A stretch of 24,357 bases of DNA, taken from a virus. Taxonomy: Duplodnaviria; Caudoviricetes. The stretch is taken from positions 1 through 24,357 of the IMG/VR virus record IMGVR_UViG_3300030095_004816; one strand, written 5' to 3'. The notes beneath the pieces were generated by a model. That model was not told where the DNA came from, made no database searches, and worked only from the letters and a program-made list of their open reading frames with translations. This document shows, piece after piece, positions 8,858 to 18,051 of the stretch (position 1 is the stretch's first letter; every line of letters begins with the position of its first letter). A program made the position numbers and the translations under genes.

Positions 8858-8890
8858 AAAAAAATAAGGTGGGGCCGAAGCCCCATCCTA
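8858..8890 (-). terminator. Rho-independent terminator after the major capsid gene
   Basis: Minus strand TGGGGC-TTCG-GCCCCA (cUUCGg tetraloop) followed by CCTTA and T7. Confidence 0.92.
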
Positions 8891-8892
8891 TA

Positions 8893-10410
8893 TTACTTCA
8901 TTAACATAAAGTTGTTTGCACCTTGAGTGATCAAACATCTTTCAGTTAGCATGTGAATTTGCATTGCATCCAAAGCAGATGTAGCAGCTCCAACTGAACC
9001 AGTAGTCCAAGTCTTCATTCTTCTATCATCAGTTTGAGAAGCTCTGTAACGAACATGTAAGAAAGGTCTCTTCATTGAAGCACCAACTGTTTGATCGTAA
9101 ACAGATGAAGTACCAGCAGGAATAAATACCCCTCTAATTGCATTAGCAGCACTAGCAGCATTAATACCACCACGAGTAGCTAGATCATTTAAGTATCTAA
9201 AGTCAGATTTGTAGAAGTCGTAAGAACCTCTTCTGAATCCAGAGAAACCTAAGTTTAAAGCCATGTCTTCATCGTTGTTAAATACTCCATAAGAAGTACC
9301 ACCAGCTCCGTAAGAGTTCATTGAAGCAAGCATATCATCTATAGCTAGAGACGAAGCTCTATTTACAAACATCATGTATTCTTCAATAGCACCTTGCTTG
9401 TCAAATTCAGCAAGAATAGCATCGAACTCAGCTAAGTCAGTAGCAGCATTCACGCCAGAGATACCAGAAGTAACATTACCTCTAGACTCAATAGCAGCAA
9501 ATAAACCTTCTGAACCAGCATCATTAGCAGCGTTAGTAGTAGAACCAGGTAAGATAGTAGAACCTTGTACTTCAGAAGATGTTGCAGCAAATTCTGATTC
9601 TAGCATAGCCATTTCAACATAGTCGTTAAAACGAGATCTAGTGTCTGATTCAGCTTTCAAGTACCATAAGTAACCAGAAGCTCCACCTTCAGAAGATACT
9701 TCAACCCAACCGATACGAGATGCATCTGATCCAGATACTTCGTAATAATCTTTCATAATAATAGGCTTATTAGAGAAAGACTTAAAAGTTGGTTCGTTAG
9801 CGCCTCTTGCAGTAGTAGTATTAGTAGTACCAGCATCAGCAACGTAAGATTGTCCTTTACCATACTCAGAACCATAAACTAATATAGTTGTAGCTTTAGT
9901 AGTAGTTAAAGCAGCTAAAGCAGAAGAGCCATAAGGTAGCACGTCAAGCACAGCACCATTAACAACAGAAACTAAACACTTGAATACTCCGTTGACATTA
10001 GAAACAATGATAGTATCATTAACTCTAATACCGTGATTAGCAGCAGTGAAACCAGATGTTTCGTCAATGTCAGTCTCAATAGTCACTTGAGCAATATTAC
10101 CCTCACCTGTACCTGGGTCAGCACCAGCAGTGGCATGGCTTACGTTACCTTTATAAGAAAGGTGTAATCTACCTTGTTCAGACCATACAACTTGATCAGC
10201 TGTCATAGCCTCTTCAGCACCTACTTGTTCTAAGAAACCTGAAATTGTTCTTGGTCCGAAAACCTCAGCTTCTTTTTCCATTAAGTCTGGAACGTATTGT
10301 TGAGCCCAACCTTCATTTGCGGTTGAAGCTAAATCTAAATAATTTGAAGAAAGTGTTTGTTGCTGGGCAGCAGGTACACTATTCAACAAAGCACCATTAG
10401 TAATTGCCAT
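8893..10410 (-). CDS. Major capsid protein (505 aa)
   Basis: Follows portal and scaffold genes and ends in a strong terminator; QVVWSEQGRLH, KDYYEVSGSD and GLFAAIESRG motifs recalled from crAss-like MCPs. Confidence 0.85.
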   Translation of the reverse strand: MAITNGALLNSVPAAQQQTLSSNYLDLASTANEGWAQQYVPDLMEKEAEVFGPRTISGFLEQVGAEEAMTADQVVWSEQGRLHLSYKGNVSHATAGADPGTGEGNIAQVTIETDIDETSGFTAANHGIRVNDTIIVSNVNGVFKCLVSVVNGAVLDVLPYGSSALAALTTTKATTILVYGSEYGKGQSYVADAGTTNTTTARGANEPTFKSFSNKPIIMKDYYEVSGSDASRIGWVEVSSEGGASGYLWYLKAESDTRSRFNDYVEMAMLESEFAATSSEVQGSTILPGSTTNAANDAGSEGLFAAIESRGNVTSGISGVNAATDLAEFDAILAEFDKQGAIEEYMMFVNRASSLAIDDMLASMNSYGAGGTSYGVFNNDEDMALNLGFSGFRRGSYDFYKSDFRYLNDLATRGGINAASAANAIRGVFIPAGTSSVYDQTVGASMKRPFLHVRYRASQTDDRRMKTWTTGSVGAATSALDAMQIHMLTERCLITQGANNFMLMK

Positions 10411-10427
10411 AATTTTAATTTTTTAAA

Positions 10428-11555
10428 TTAGCGTTTATTTTTAATTTTAAATTTGAAGTCTTTAGATGAATCACCCAGAACTTTATACTTAACTCCACCC
10501 ACTGACGTCTCGCCGTGAGTTTGTCTAGCTTCTGTATTAACGTTCTTACCTTTAGCTACAGTGTCTTTAACTGCATCTGCTTTTCCTTGCTCATAGAAAT
10601 GTTGAGCTAAAGCATCTGCATTCATTGCTGCAAATAAAGATTTGTGATAACCCTTAGCGTCTTGAATTGTATTATCCTTGCCAATAAACTTATTGACGAA
10701 ATTATTCAAATCACTCTGAGTCTCTTTGACTTCGTTGGTATTCTTAACATTGTACCGAAACTTTTTATCTCCTACGTTGAAATCAAAACCTTTGAACTCT
10801 TCGTTGAATACAGCATCAGTTCTTTGTTGGAATGCTTTTGTAGTAACTTCTGTAGCTTTTTGTTGAGCTTCAGAGTCTTTATTATATCTGTTAAAGAAAT
10901 CTACAGCTTTTTGTTGTTCAGTAGTTAAATTACTACCAGCTTTGATTTCATTATAATATTTTTCTTTTTGACCTTCTAAATGTTCTTTTGCTTTAGCAAC
11001 TTCTTCTTTTAGAGCAATCTTTTTCTTTCTAACATCTTTAGCTTCATCAACTTCTTCATCGAAACCAAAAGTTTCTTCTAGTAAAAAGTTTCTTTCTTCT
11101 GATGATAAATGAGGTTTAGTCTGCTTGTAGTACTCGTCAAGCACATCTGAGTTATCAAGCTTTGATACATCTGTACTAAGCCTAACATAATCTTCTAAGT
11201 TGCCACCTGTCTCCTGCATGAAGTCAACTAACTTTTGTATATTATCAGGTAGAGGTTTTCCAGACTCTTTAGCTTCTGCAACTGCTTCTTCAACAACTTC
11301 TTCAACCTGTTCAACTTTTTCAGCTGTAGGCTCATCTATTACTTCTTCTAGTACTGGTGCTTCTGCTTCTTGTACTTCTGCTTCCGGTTGTACTTCTTCC
11401 TGTTTTTCTGTGGTGTCGGGGTTTTCATCGCTTCCCACCACTCCTGCTGGGTCAGCTGCTGTTTCTTTAGTTTCATTGGTTGGTGGGTTATCTAAGTCTA
11501 CTTTGTAGATCTCTGGCTCGATAGAGCCCATGTTCACTTTTGTTACTTCTTCCAT
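10428..11555 (-). CDS. Putative capsid scaffolding protein (375 aa)
   Basis: Very acidic, disordered N-terminus and helical core; located between portal and MCP. Confidence 0.7.
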   Translation of the reverse strand: MEEVTKVNMGSIEPEIYKVDLDNPPTNETKETAADPAGVVGSDENPDTTEKQEEVQPEAEVQEAEAPVLEEVIDEPTAEKVEQVEEVVEEAVAEAKESGKPLPDNIQKLVDFMQETGGNLEDYVRLSTDVSKLDNSDVLDEYYKQTKPHLSSEERNFLLEETFGFDEEVDEAKDVRKKKIALKEEVAKAKEHLEGQKEKYYNEIKAGSNLTTEQQKAVDFFNRYNKDSEAQQKATEVTTKAFQQRTDAVFNEEFKGFDFNVGDKKFRYNVKNTNEVKETQSDLNNFVNKFIGKDNTIQDAKGYHKSLFAAMNADALAQHFYEQGKADAVKDTVAKGKNVNTEARQTHGETSVGGVKYKVLGDSSKDFKFKIKNKR

Positions 11556-11589
11556 AATAAAATTTTATAAAATAAATTAATTAAACGGT

Positions 11590-13884
11590 TTACATCATAG
11601 AATCTAAGCCCGCTTCACCTGATACTATATCATTACCTGATGACTCAAACTTTTTAACAGATTCACCTTCTTTTGTTTGTGATTTAACTTTTTCAAGTTG
11701 ACTACCTAATTCAAACTCTAATCTCATCAACTCTTTTTTAACTTCAGCTTCTTGCTGTAAGTACTGTATTTTTAATTGATTTTTTGTTTGCTCTAACTGT
11801 GCTTGTGTTTGAGCTTTAGCTTGGTCTTTTTGAACTTCCGCTTGAGCGGCAGCTTGTTGAGCTTGTTGATTAGCCTGCGACTGAGCTTGGATATTTTGTT
11901 GTTGTATTTGTTGGTCTCTTTCTTGTTTTTTCTTTTTCTTAACTTTAAGAAGCTGGTTAGCAAGCTTAATGTTTCTAACATCTCTAAGATCAATAGCATC
12001 GTCTAAATCTATTAACTGTTGCGCTAAGGCAACTTGTATATTATTTTCTAACATTTGTTTTTCTTCTTCATCTGGCATAAGCTCTATAAATATACCAAAG
12101 TCATATAGGTGTAATTCTTTTAACTCTTCTAGCGTAGCAACATTATGAGCGCCAATAGCTCTAACGAATGCTTCTTTTGTTGGAGAGTATTCGACTATGT
12201 CAGATATTCTAAGCGATAAACACTCCGCGGCTTCAGCGGTTAGATACATCATAGACTGTAATATATGTCTAGTAGCTGTATTTGAGTTAGCTGCTGCTAA
12301 TTTTTGAATACCAACTAAAGCGTTTTTATCTGGAGTTGAAGCATCTCTAGCTTCATTAAGACCAGTAACATCGCGTATCATTTGTAAATAGTAATTATAA
12401 GTGGCTATAAGACTTTGTAGTTTATTACCACCGCTACTACTTTGTATTTGTTGTATAGGTACTTTACCTGGATTCATATCACCATCAGCTGTAAATGATC
12501 TACCGATAACAGAACCTGTTTGAAAGAACATATTTAAAGCTTCTTGTGGGTTATAATTAGTACCATTACCCAAATCAATTTCAGCTAAACCATCAGCATC
12601 TAAATACACACCATCTGGAACCATGCGGTTCATAACTTGTTGAAGCTTTAAGTGAGTCAGTTGTATCATGTCAGCAAACCCAGTTATTCTACCTACCATA
12701 GATTGTATTCTTCCATCATACATTCTAGGTGCGACAATACTGTAGTTCATTTTAACTTTACCAAAATCAGACTTAGACCTCATCATGTTAGAAGCCATAC
12801 CCCATTTTAATAACTTGTCTGTACCTAATATAAGTACACCTTCATATAAAGTTTCAACAACTCTATCTAATCTACTAAAATCCCCGTCCATATCTGTTGG
12901 TGGATTAAACGTATCATCTTTAGGTATAATCTTATCGGCACCAGTACCAGTTTTCTTTAACTTGTAAACGTCATTAGCGTGAGTTTTATAATTAAAGTAT
13001 AATACTTCTACTTTGTTATAATCTCTATTATATCTTCTTCTAGTGTTATCTCTAGGTCCTTCAACTATTTCTTTTATTTCTGATTCAGAGAGGTTTGGAA
13101 ATTCTTTTACTAATTCGTTTATAGGTATTTGTTTTACTTCACCAACATAATATATATCATCAAAATAAGGTGATTCAGTGTAAGAATAAACTAAATTAGC
13201 TGGATCTACGTACTCTACCTTAGCACCATCACTATAGTTGAAACTAGTTTTAGTAGCACCTATACCTATAGTAACTAAATCATATATTGATCTACGTTTA
13301 ACTAAATCATAATTACAACCTTCAAAAAGAGTATTTATAGCTTGTTCTTCAGCTATTTCAATTGCTTGCTTATAACTAAGTTGCATGTGTAAAGATAATT
13401 CTTCTTCAGTATCTGGTAAAGTTTCTTTATCGTTTTCATATATATCCATACCAAAAGAGGCCTGAACAGTATCATTATACTCTCTAGACCTCATGTCTCT
13501 TAACATAGATTCCATATACTCAGTTCTCTTACTAACACCAAAGTCGTCTTGAGAAAAAGCGTTAACCTCGTAAGATCTCTGCGACATACCGTTAACTACA
13601 ATATCAACAAACTTAGAGACTATTGGAACTGGTTTCCAGTCTAAGTTTAAATAGCTTAAGTCACCGTTTATAGACAACTCATTTTTATATTTTTCAACAG
13701 ATTGCTCTCCTCTAGCGTATAGTCTAAGTTTGTGAAAGGTATCATAGTTACTAGTGAACTTATCGTCTCTATTACCAAACCATTCAGTTTGAATAGCTCT
13801 AGCAACTTTCAAACCGTATTCATTTGTCATCTTTTCTAAATCACTTACCGCTTGTGACGGAAAGTTTACAACAGACTCTGTCAT
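11590..13884 (-). CDS. Portal protein (764 aa)
   Basis: Directly downstream of TerL; LDWKPVPIVSKFVDIVVNG and IRDVTGLNEARD motifs; long Q-rich C-terminal coiled coil like the P22 portal barrel. Confidence 0.88.
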   Translation of the reverse strand: MTESVVNFPSQAVSDLEKMTNEYGLKVARAIQTEWFGNRDDKFTSNYDTFHKLRLYARGEQSVEKYKNELSINGDLSYLNLDWKPVPIVSKFVDIVVNGMSQRSYEVNAFSQDDFGVSKRTEYMESMLRDMRSREYNDTVQASFGMDIYENDKETLPDTEEELSLHMQLSYKQAIEIAEEQAINTLFEGCNYDLVKRRSIYDLVTIGIGATKTSFNYSDGAKVEYVDPANLVYSYTESPYFDDIYYVGEVKQIPINELVKEFPNLSESEIKEIVEGPRDNTRRRYNRDYNKVEVLYFNYKTHANDVYKLKKTGTGADKIIPKDDTFNPPTDMDGDFSRLDRVVETLYEGVLILGTDKLLKWGMASNMMRSKSDFGKVKMNYSIVAPRMYDGRIQSMVGRITGFADMIQLTHLKLQQVMNRMVPDGVYLDADGLAEIDLGNGTNYNPQEALNMFFQTGSVIGRSFTADGDMNPGKVPIQQIQSSSGGNKLQSLIATYNYYLQMIRDVTGLNEARDASTPDKNALVGIQKLAAANSNTATRHILQSMMYLTAEAAECLSLRISDIVEYSPTKEAFVRAIGAHNVATLEELKELHLYDFGIFIELMPDEEEKQMLENNIQVALAQQLIDLDDAIDLRDVRNIKLANQLLKVKKKKKQERDQQIQQQNIQAQSQANQQAQQAAAQAEVQKDQAKAQTQAQLEQTKNQLKIQYLQQEAEVKKELMRLEFELGSQLEKVKSQTKEGESVKKFESSGNDIVSGEAGLDSMM

Positions 13885-13885
13885 A

Positions 13886-16111
13886 TTACTTTATTATTTT
13901 AGATGTTATTCCATTATTATTATACTTAGAAACTGATATATTCAGTGACTGTCTTTTGTTACCGGGGTTTGGTTTGTACAAGTGTCTGTTGCAAGCCATT
14001 ATAGCTAAGCCAGAACTTATAGAGGCATCGTGTTTAGTTCTTTTATTTATATCAAACTTTGACCAATCATTTAGAAGATCGTTAAAGTAAGTCGTACCAT
14101 AAGTACCATCTTGCTGAAGACCTACATGGTCATTAATATACATTTCAATTGCAGCTGCATGAGCTTGTTTTATATCTTCACTAGAGTTAGGTATACCACC
14201 TACTTCTTTTTCAGCAGTTGATAACTTGTTCCATATCTTATCTGGTCTATTCATACTAAAGCCTCTATAACCTCTTCTACGTAAATAGTACAGTAATCTT
14301 GGTTTATTGTTCTCTGCTAATATAGGCATACCATAAAACACTAATGCCATCAAAACATCTTCAAAAAATATTTCTGCAGTCTGAGGTCTAGCTAAGTACT
14401 CTAAGAAAAAAGTATTAGCTGGCGAGTCTTCCATAGAGAATTTAGTTAGTCCATGTAACGCTCCTTTAGATCCTTTATTATCAACAGTACCACTAATGTC
14501 ATAGCTATCACAACCAAACGCACCAACGTGATCGTTTCCAGGGTATTTAATTCCATTTTTTAATATAACATTGTTTTGCATATTACTATTAGGAACCCAA
14601 CTAATTTTAAATCTACCACTTGGATCTGGATTAAAACTAACTCTAGTATCTTTAACTCCATTGTCCCATTGAAAATTACCTATATTAAGCACGGAAGAGT
14701 TTCTATTCCCTTCATTATAATCAATCTGCTCGTATATCTTAACTAAGTTAAACAAGCTTTGTTTTGTCTCATCTCTAAAGGCGTGCTCTTCTGTTCTAGG
14801 AAATTGCCTGTAAAATTCATTCAAAGCATCTTGATCATCTCTTAATCCTTCAACCTCGTTCTCCCAGTGATCTATCACTCCTATATCTATTAGTTCACCG
14901 TCTGGTCCACAAACTTCTCGCTTTGGAGTATTAAATACTGGCCATCCAAAATCATCAATAAATCCTTCAAAGTTCCACTCCATTGGGATAAAAAAAGAAT
15001 ATAAACCAGACTTTGTTTGACCATTTCTATTTCTTTTAGTAGCGTCAGAGTTATTATATATATCTTTAAAGTTCTGACCACCTTTATCTAAAGCATTTGA
15101 TGTTGAACCCATCATACACTTACCTATAATTCTACTACCTAATCTTAAACAAGTTTTAGTAACTCGCCAGTTATTTCTAATATTATCAGGCTTCTCCCAT
15201 TTACCGCTTTCATCATGTACTAACAGGGCTAACTTTTCACCATCATAACTATTATCTCCTGTGTTCTTCCAATCAATAGTAGTATCTAAACCTTGAACGT
15301 TGTCCATCTCTTCTCGCTCTTTAATCTTGCGACGTGTAAACTTTTTAGCAGGAACTCTATACGCTAGCTCCGACTTAGGACGATCCATACCGTCTTGTAT
15401 AGGTTTAAAAAAGAAAGGATAGTTAAAGCTTATTGGCACTACTTTATCTGTAAACATTTTCTTTGCATCACCACCGCTTTTAGAAAGTATCCCAAATCTA
15501 CTATCACTTGCTAACGTGGCTAAGTTAACGGTTTCAGCCGAACTCATAAACGAAAAACCAGATCGTCTGTTTTTTAAATAACACATACCATAACAACGTT
15601 GATCAGCTTTACAAGCTTCCCAGAATATAAAGAATAATCTATTTGACTCTCTGAAATCAGGAGCGCCTATGTCTATTTTACTCCATTGTAAATACATGTA
15701 GTAACTACCAGTAAGGAAAGTTGGTACACCTTTATTCATAAACCAAAAACCATTATCTCTTCTAGTAAACTCTTGATCTATATAAGTGTAGTGTTTTTCT
15801 TTAAAGTTTTCTGGTTTATCTTGCCACTCAAATACAGTTTTTATATTTTTAAAATCAGGATTAGGTTCAAATCTTTTCCACTTCTGTTTAACCTTGCTAT
15901 TGTCACATTTATAAATAGATTTAGGAGCTAGAGGTAGAGCTATTTTCAACCCTTGAAGCTCTAACACTTCACCTATCTGACCAGTTTTAGATATAACAAC
16001 AAAGTCGTGTTCTTTGTTATAGCCATACTCCCACTTCTTAGACTTGTTAAGTCTATTGATAGTGTTTAACCTTACTGGTTGTATTTTTTTAACTAGCTCT
16101 TGTTTATACAT
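13886..16111 (-). CDS. terL: Terminase large subunit (741 aa)
   Basis: Walker A-like LKNRRSGFS, Walker B LLVHDESGK, coupling motif MGSTSN, RNase H-like nuclease acidic motifs GCDSYD and HDASISSG. Confidence 0.92.
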   Translation of the reverse strand: MYKQELVKKIQPVRLNTINRLNKSKKWEYGYNKEHDFVVISKTGQIGEVLELQGLKIALPLAPKSIYKCDNSKVKQKWKRFEPNPDFKNIKTVFEWQDKPENFKEKHYTYIDQEFTRRDNGFWFMNKGVPTFLTGSYYMYLQWSKIDIGAPDFRESNRLFFIFWEACKADQRCYGMCYLKNRRSGFSFMSSAETVNLATLASDSRFGILSKSGGDAKKMFTDKVVPISFNYPFFFKPIQDGMDRPKSELAYRVPAKKFTRRKIKEREEMDNVQGLDTTIDWKNTGDNSYDGEKLALLVHDESGKWEKPDNIRNNWRVTKTCLRLGSRIIGKCMMGSTSNALDKGGQNFKDIYNNSDATKRNRNGQTKSGLYSFFIPMEWNFEGFIDDFGWPVFNTPKREVCGPDGELIDIGVIDHWENEVEGLRDDQDALNEFYRQFPRTEEHAFRDETKQSLFNLVKIYEQIDYNEGNRNSSVLNIGNFQWDNGVKDTRVSFNPDPSGRFKISWVPNSNMQNNVILKNGIKYPGNDHVGAFGCDSYDISGTVDNKGSKGALHGLTKFSMEDSPANTFFLEYLARPQTAEIFFEDVLMALVFYGMPILAENNKPRLLYYLRRRGYRGFSMNRPDKIWNKLSTAEKEVGGIPNSSEDIKQAHAAAIEMYINDHVGLQQDGTYGTTYFNDLLNDWSKFDINKRTKHDASISSGLAIMACNRHLYKPNPGNKRQSLNISVSKYNNNGITSKIIK

Positions 16112-16389
16112 TACTTTGATCTACCTTCTGCAAAGCCTTTAAAGTTTGACTTATTGTCAGACTCTTTGTTATCACCTAACATACTATCTTCTTCTTCTAT
16201 CCTGCTTAATATTTCAAAAGCATCGAATATAGCTAGCTTTTTAGTAGCTGCAGCATTTTTTAATCTGTCAGCTGATATATCATCATCAGAGTCTACTATA
16301 GGTTCTTTAGCTACTTTGATTAACTCTTCTACTGCTCTTCGTCCAGCTTGGATTATATTCTTCTTCGTCTCCTTTATATTCATATTCAA
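16111..16389 (-). CDS. Small helical protein, candidate terminase small subunit (92 aa)
   Basis: Immediately upstream of TerL, with its stop overlapping the TerL start; helical. Function inferred from position only. Confidence 0.55.
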   Translation of the reverse strand: MNMNIKETKKNIIQAGRRAVEELIKVAKEPIVDSDDDISADRLKNAAATKKLAIFDAFEILSRIEEEDSMLGDNKESDNKSNFKGFAEGRSK

Positions 16390-16918
16390 TTGTAATAAAA
16401 TTATTCATAACTCTGTAAAGCCTTTCTCCATCAACAATAAACTCATATTCACTGCTAGGTCTAAAACCTACTAATTGAGTAGGCAAAAACGTACCGTCAG
16501 AATATTTAACTATACCCATTAATGGAACTTCTACTTCGTTGCTTAAATTGTTTTTTGATTTTAAAGGTTTAACGAACGTAAACCCAGGTGTGGCTTTCCA
16601 AGAACCGTCTCTGTTGTACATGTAAACTTGATCTTGAGAAACTAAGAATTGATTTTCGTTAAGAAAACCTCTACTATTCTTCTCTATACCTTTAACATTG
16701 TGCCAACGTCTAAATACATTATGGTGAACTAGAACTTTTTCTCCTAATCGTAACTCATTAGGGTTCCAAATAGGAACACTGTCAATAATACCTTCTCGAT
16801 TAACATACTGATGATTAAATATCTCGGTGTTTAATATTAAATCTTTGTTATCTACTTTGACTGAGTTGTTGTATCTTTCACCACAAGGACTTATAATAAA
16901 ATCTTGTACAGGTATCAT
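16307..16918 (-). CDS. Divergent co-chaperonin-like protein with two GroES-like halves (203 aa)
   Basis: N-half DFIISP...LILNT...GIIDSVP...LGEKVLVHH and C-half FTFVKP...GIVKY...LVGF...EFIVDGERLYRV each echo the GroES beta-barrel pattern. Confidence 0.6.
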   Translation of the reverse strand: MIPVQDFIISPCGERYNNSVKVDNKDLILNTEIFNHQYVNREGIIDSVPIWNPNELRLGEKVLVHHNVFRRWHNVKGIEKNSRGFLNENQFLVSQDQVYMYNRDGSWKATPGFTFVKPLKSKNNLSNEVEVPLMGIVKYSDGTFLPTQLVGFRPSSEYEFIVDGERLYRVMNNFITIEYEYKGDEEEYNPSWTKSSRRVNQSS

Positions 16919-17142
16919 TAATACTCTAAGTCGTACTCCACCGATACTGCCATGTTCTTATTAAAGTCTTTCCAAGGTATTACAACTTTTTCTTTTCTTA
17001 TGTATACAGAGTACTTATCTTCTTCTTCTATTATATCACATATAGTATGACCACCATAAACGCTTTGACCAACAGCGTAGTGCATTGAATCGTTCTTGTA
17101 ATCTTTACCTATAGTAATTTTTCTTATAATACTATTCTGCAT
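16918..17142 (-). CDS. Hypothetical protein (74 aa)
   Basis: Overlaps both neighbours; beta-rich. Confidence 0.75.
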   Translation of the reverse strand: MQNSIIRKITIGKDYKNDSMHYAVGQSVYGGHTICDIIEEEDKYSVYIRKEKVVIPWKDFNKNMAVSVEYDLEY

Positions 17143-17404
17143 CTTCTTTATAATTTATTGAACCGTCGTTCATATTTATATCAGAAGTGCCGTACTTTTT
17201 TTCTAGATCATTTTGAGCTGAAGCTGCTTCATCTCTAACTGTTGCCAGCTTGTGAAGGTATATATGTTTTTGAGCTTCTATTCTACCTACTTCAGAGTGA
17301 ATATTGTTTATAGTATTTACTATACTACTTAACCTTCCTAACTCCTCTAATGTTACTTTTTCTGCTTTAGATTTTAAATCTACTACTTTGTTTTTCTTTG
17401 CCAT
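17132..17404 (-). CDS. Hypothetical coiled-coil protein (90 aa)
   Basis: Heptad pattern ending LEKKYG..DINMNDGSI. Confidence 0.75.
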   Translation of the reverse strand: MAKKNKVVDLKSKAEKVTLEELGRLSSIVNTINNIHSEVGRIEAQKHIYLHKLATVRDEAASAQNDLEKKYGTSDINMNDGSINYKEDAE

Positions 17405-17415
17405 TATATTTAATT

Positions 17416-17811
17416 TTATTTAATTTTAGTTTTTTCTAATGATCTACCACCGAAGTAAGCACCGATAACTGTTATCAACACTAACTGCAATAAGTCAGTC
17501 CATTTTTGTTCTACTTCAAAAGCTATAGTTCCTGCATCTATAAATATCATCAACACAGTTGATACTACTAGAAACACAAGAACCATTGGTCTAACATTTT
17601 TAGACAGCCAAGAGTCAGACTTCATATCTGCCTCCCACCTATTAGTAACTTGTTTTTGAAGCTCTAATTCGTGGTTAGATATTAATTGTTTAACTTTCTG
17701 TGACGCAGCTAGCTTCTCTTCTTTAGTAGTGGTGAGGTCATCTAAGACCCCACCAATATCTTTAACGAGCTTGCCTGCTCCAGAAGAAAATACCTTTTGC
17801 AGTACACCCAT
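17416..17811 (-). CDS. Holin of the 3-TM (GTA holin-like) type
   Basis: RWEADMKSDSWLSKNVRP motif, two clear TM helices and a GAYFGGRSLEK terminus. Confidence 0.75.
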   Translation of the reverse strand: MGVLQKVFSSGAGKLVKDIGGVLDDLTTTKEEKLAASQKVKQLISNHELELQKQVTNRWEADMKSDSWLSKNVRPMVLVFLVVSTVLMIFIDAGTIAFEVEQKWTDLLQLVLITVIGAYFGGRSLEKTKIK

Positions 17812-18051
17812 TTACTTTTTCTTGTAATTCATTTTAGCTGAAGAATCTTTTTTCATCATTTTCATAGCAGCCGGCTTTAACATTTTAGCTGGAGAATCCA
17901 TGATTGCTTTTTTTAATTCAGCTGGTAAATTCTTCTGCTTACCTACTAAAGCTTTTTTAGCGGGTGATTTTTTAGCCATTTTAGCAGGTGATTTCTTAGC
18001 CATTTTAGCTGGAGACTTTTTAGCCATTTTAGCTGGAGTTTTTTTCATCAT
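17812..18051 (-). CDS. Histone H1-like basic repeat protein (79 aa)
   Basis: About four KK(S/T)PAK(M/K)A octapeptide repeats plus degenerate copies (DSPAKM, SSAKM). Confidence 0.75.
   Translation of the reverse strand: MMKKTPAKMAKKSPAKMAKKSPAKMAKKSPAKKALVGKQKNLPAELKKAIMDSPAKMLKPAAMKMMKKDSSAKMNYKKK
17954..18045. repeat. Coding 24-nt tandem repeat (about 4 units)
   Basis: Units such as cattttagctggagactttttagc and cattttagcaggtgatttcttagc differ mainly at synonymous positions. Confidence 0.8.

Noticed and set aside
11793-15081. Alternative-frame minus-strand ORFs 11793-11999 and 14890-15081
   Set aside because: Fully nested in portal and terL, with no independent signals; likely by-products of codon bias.
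13886-16111. Intein or intron in terL, or stop-codon reassignment as in some crAss-like phages
   Set aside because: No intein splice or LAGLIDADG motifs were seen, all large genes are uninterrupted in the standard code, and TAG/TGA act as stops at gene junctions.
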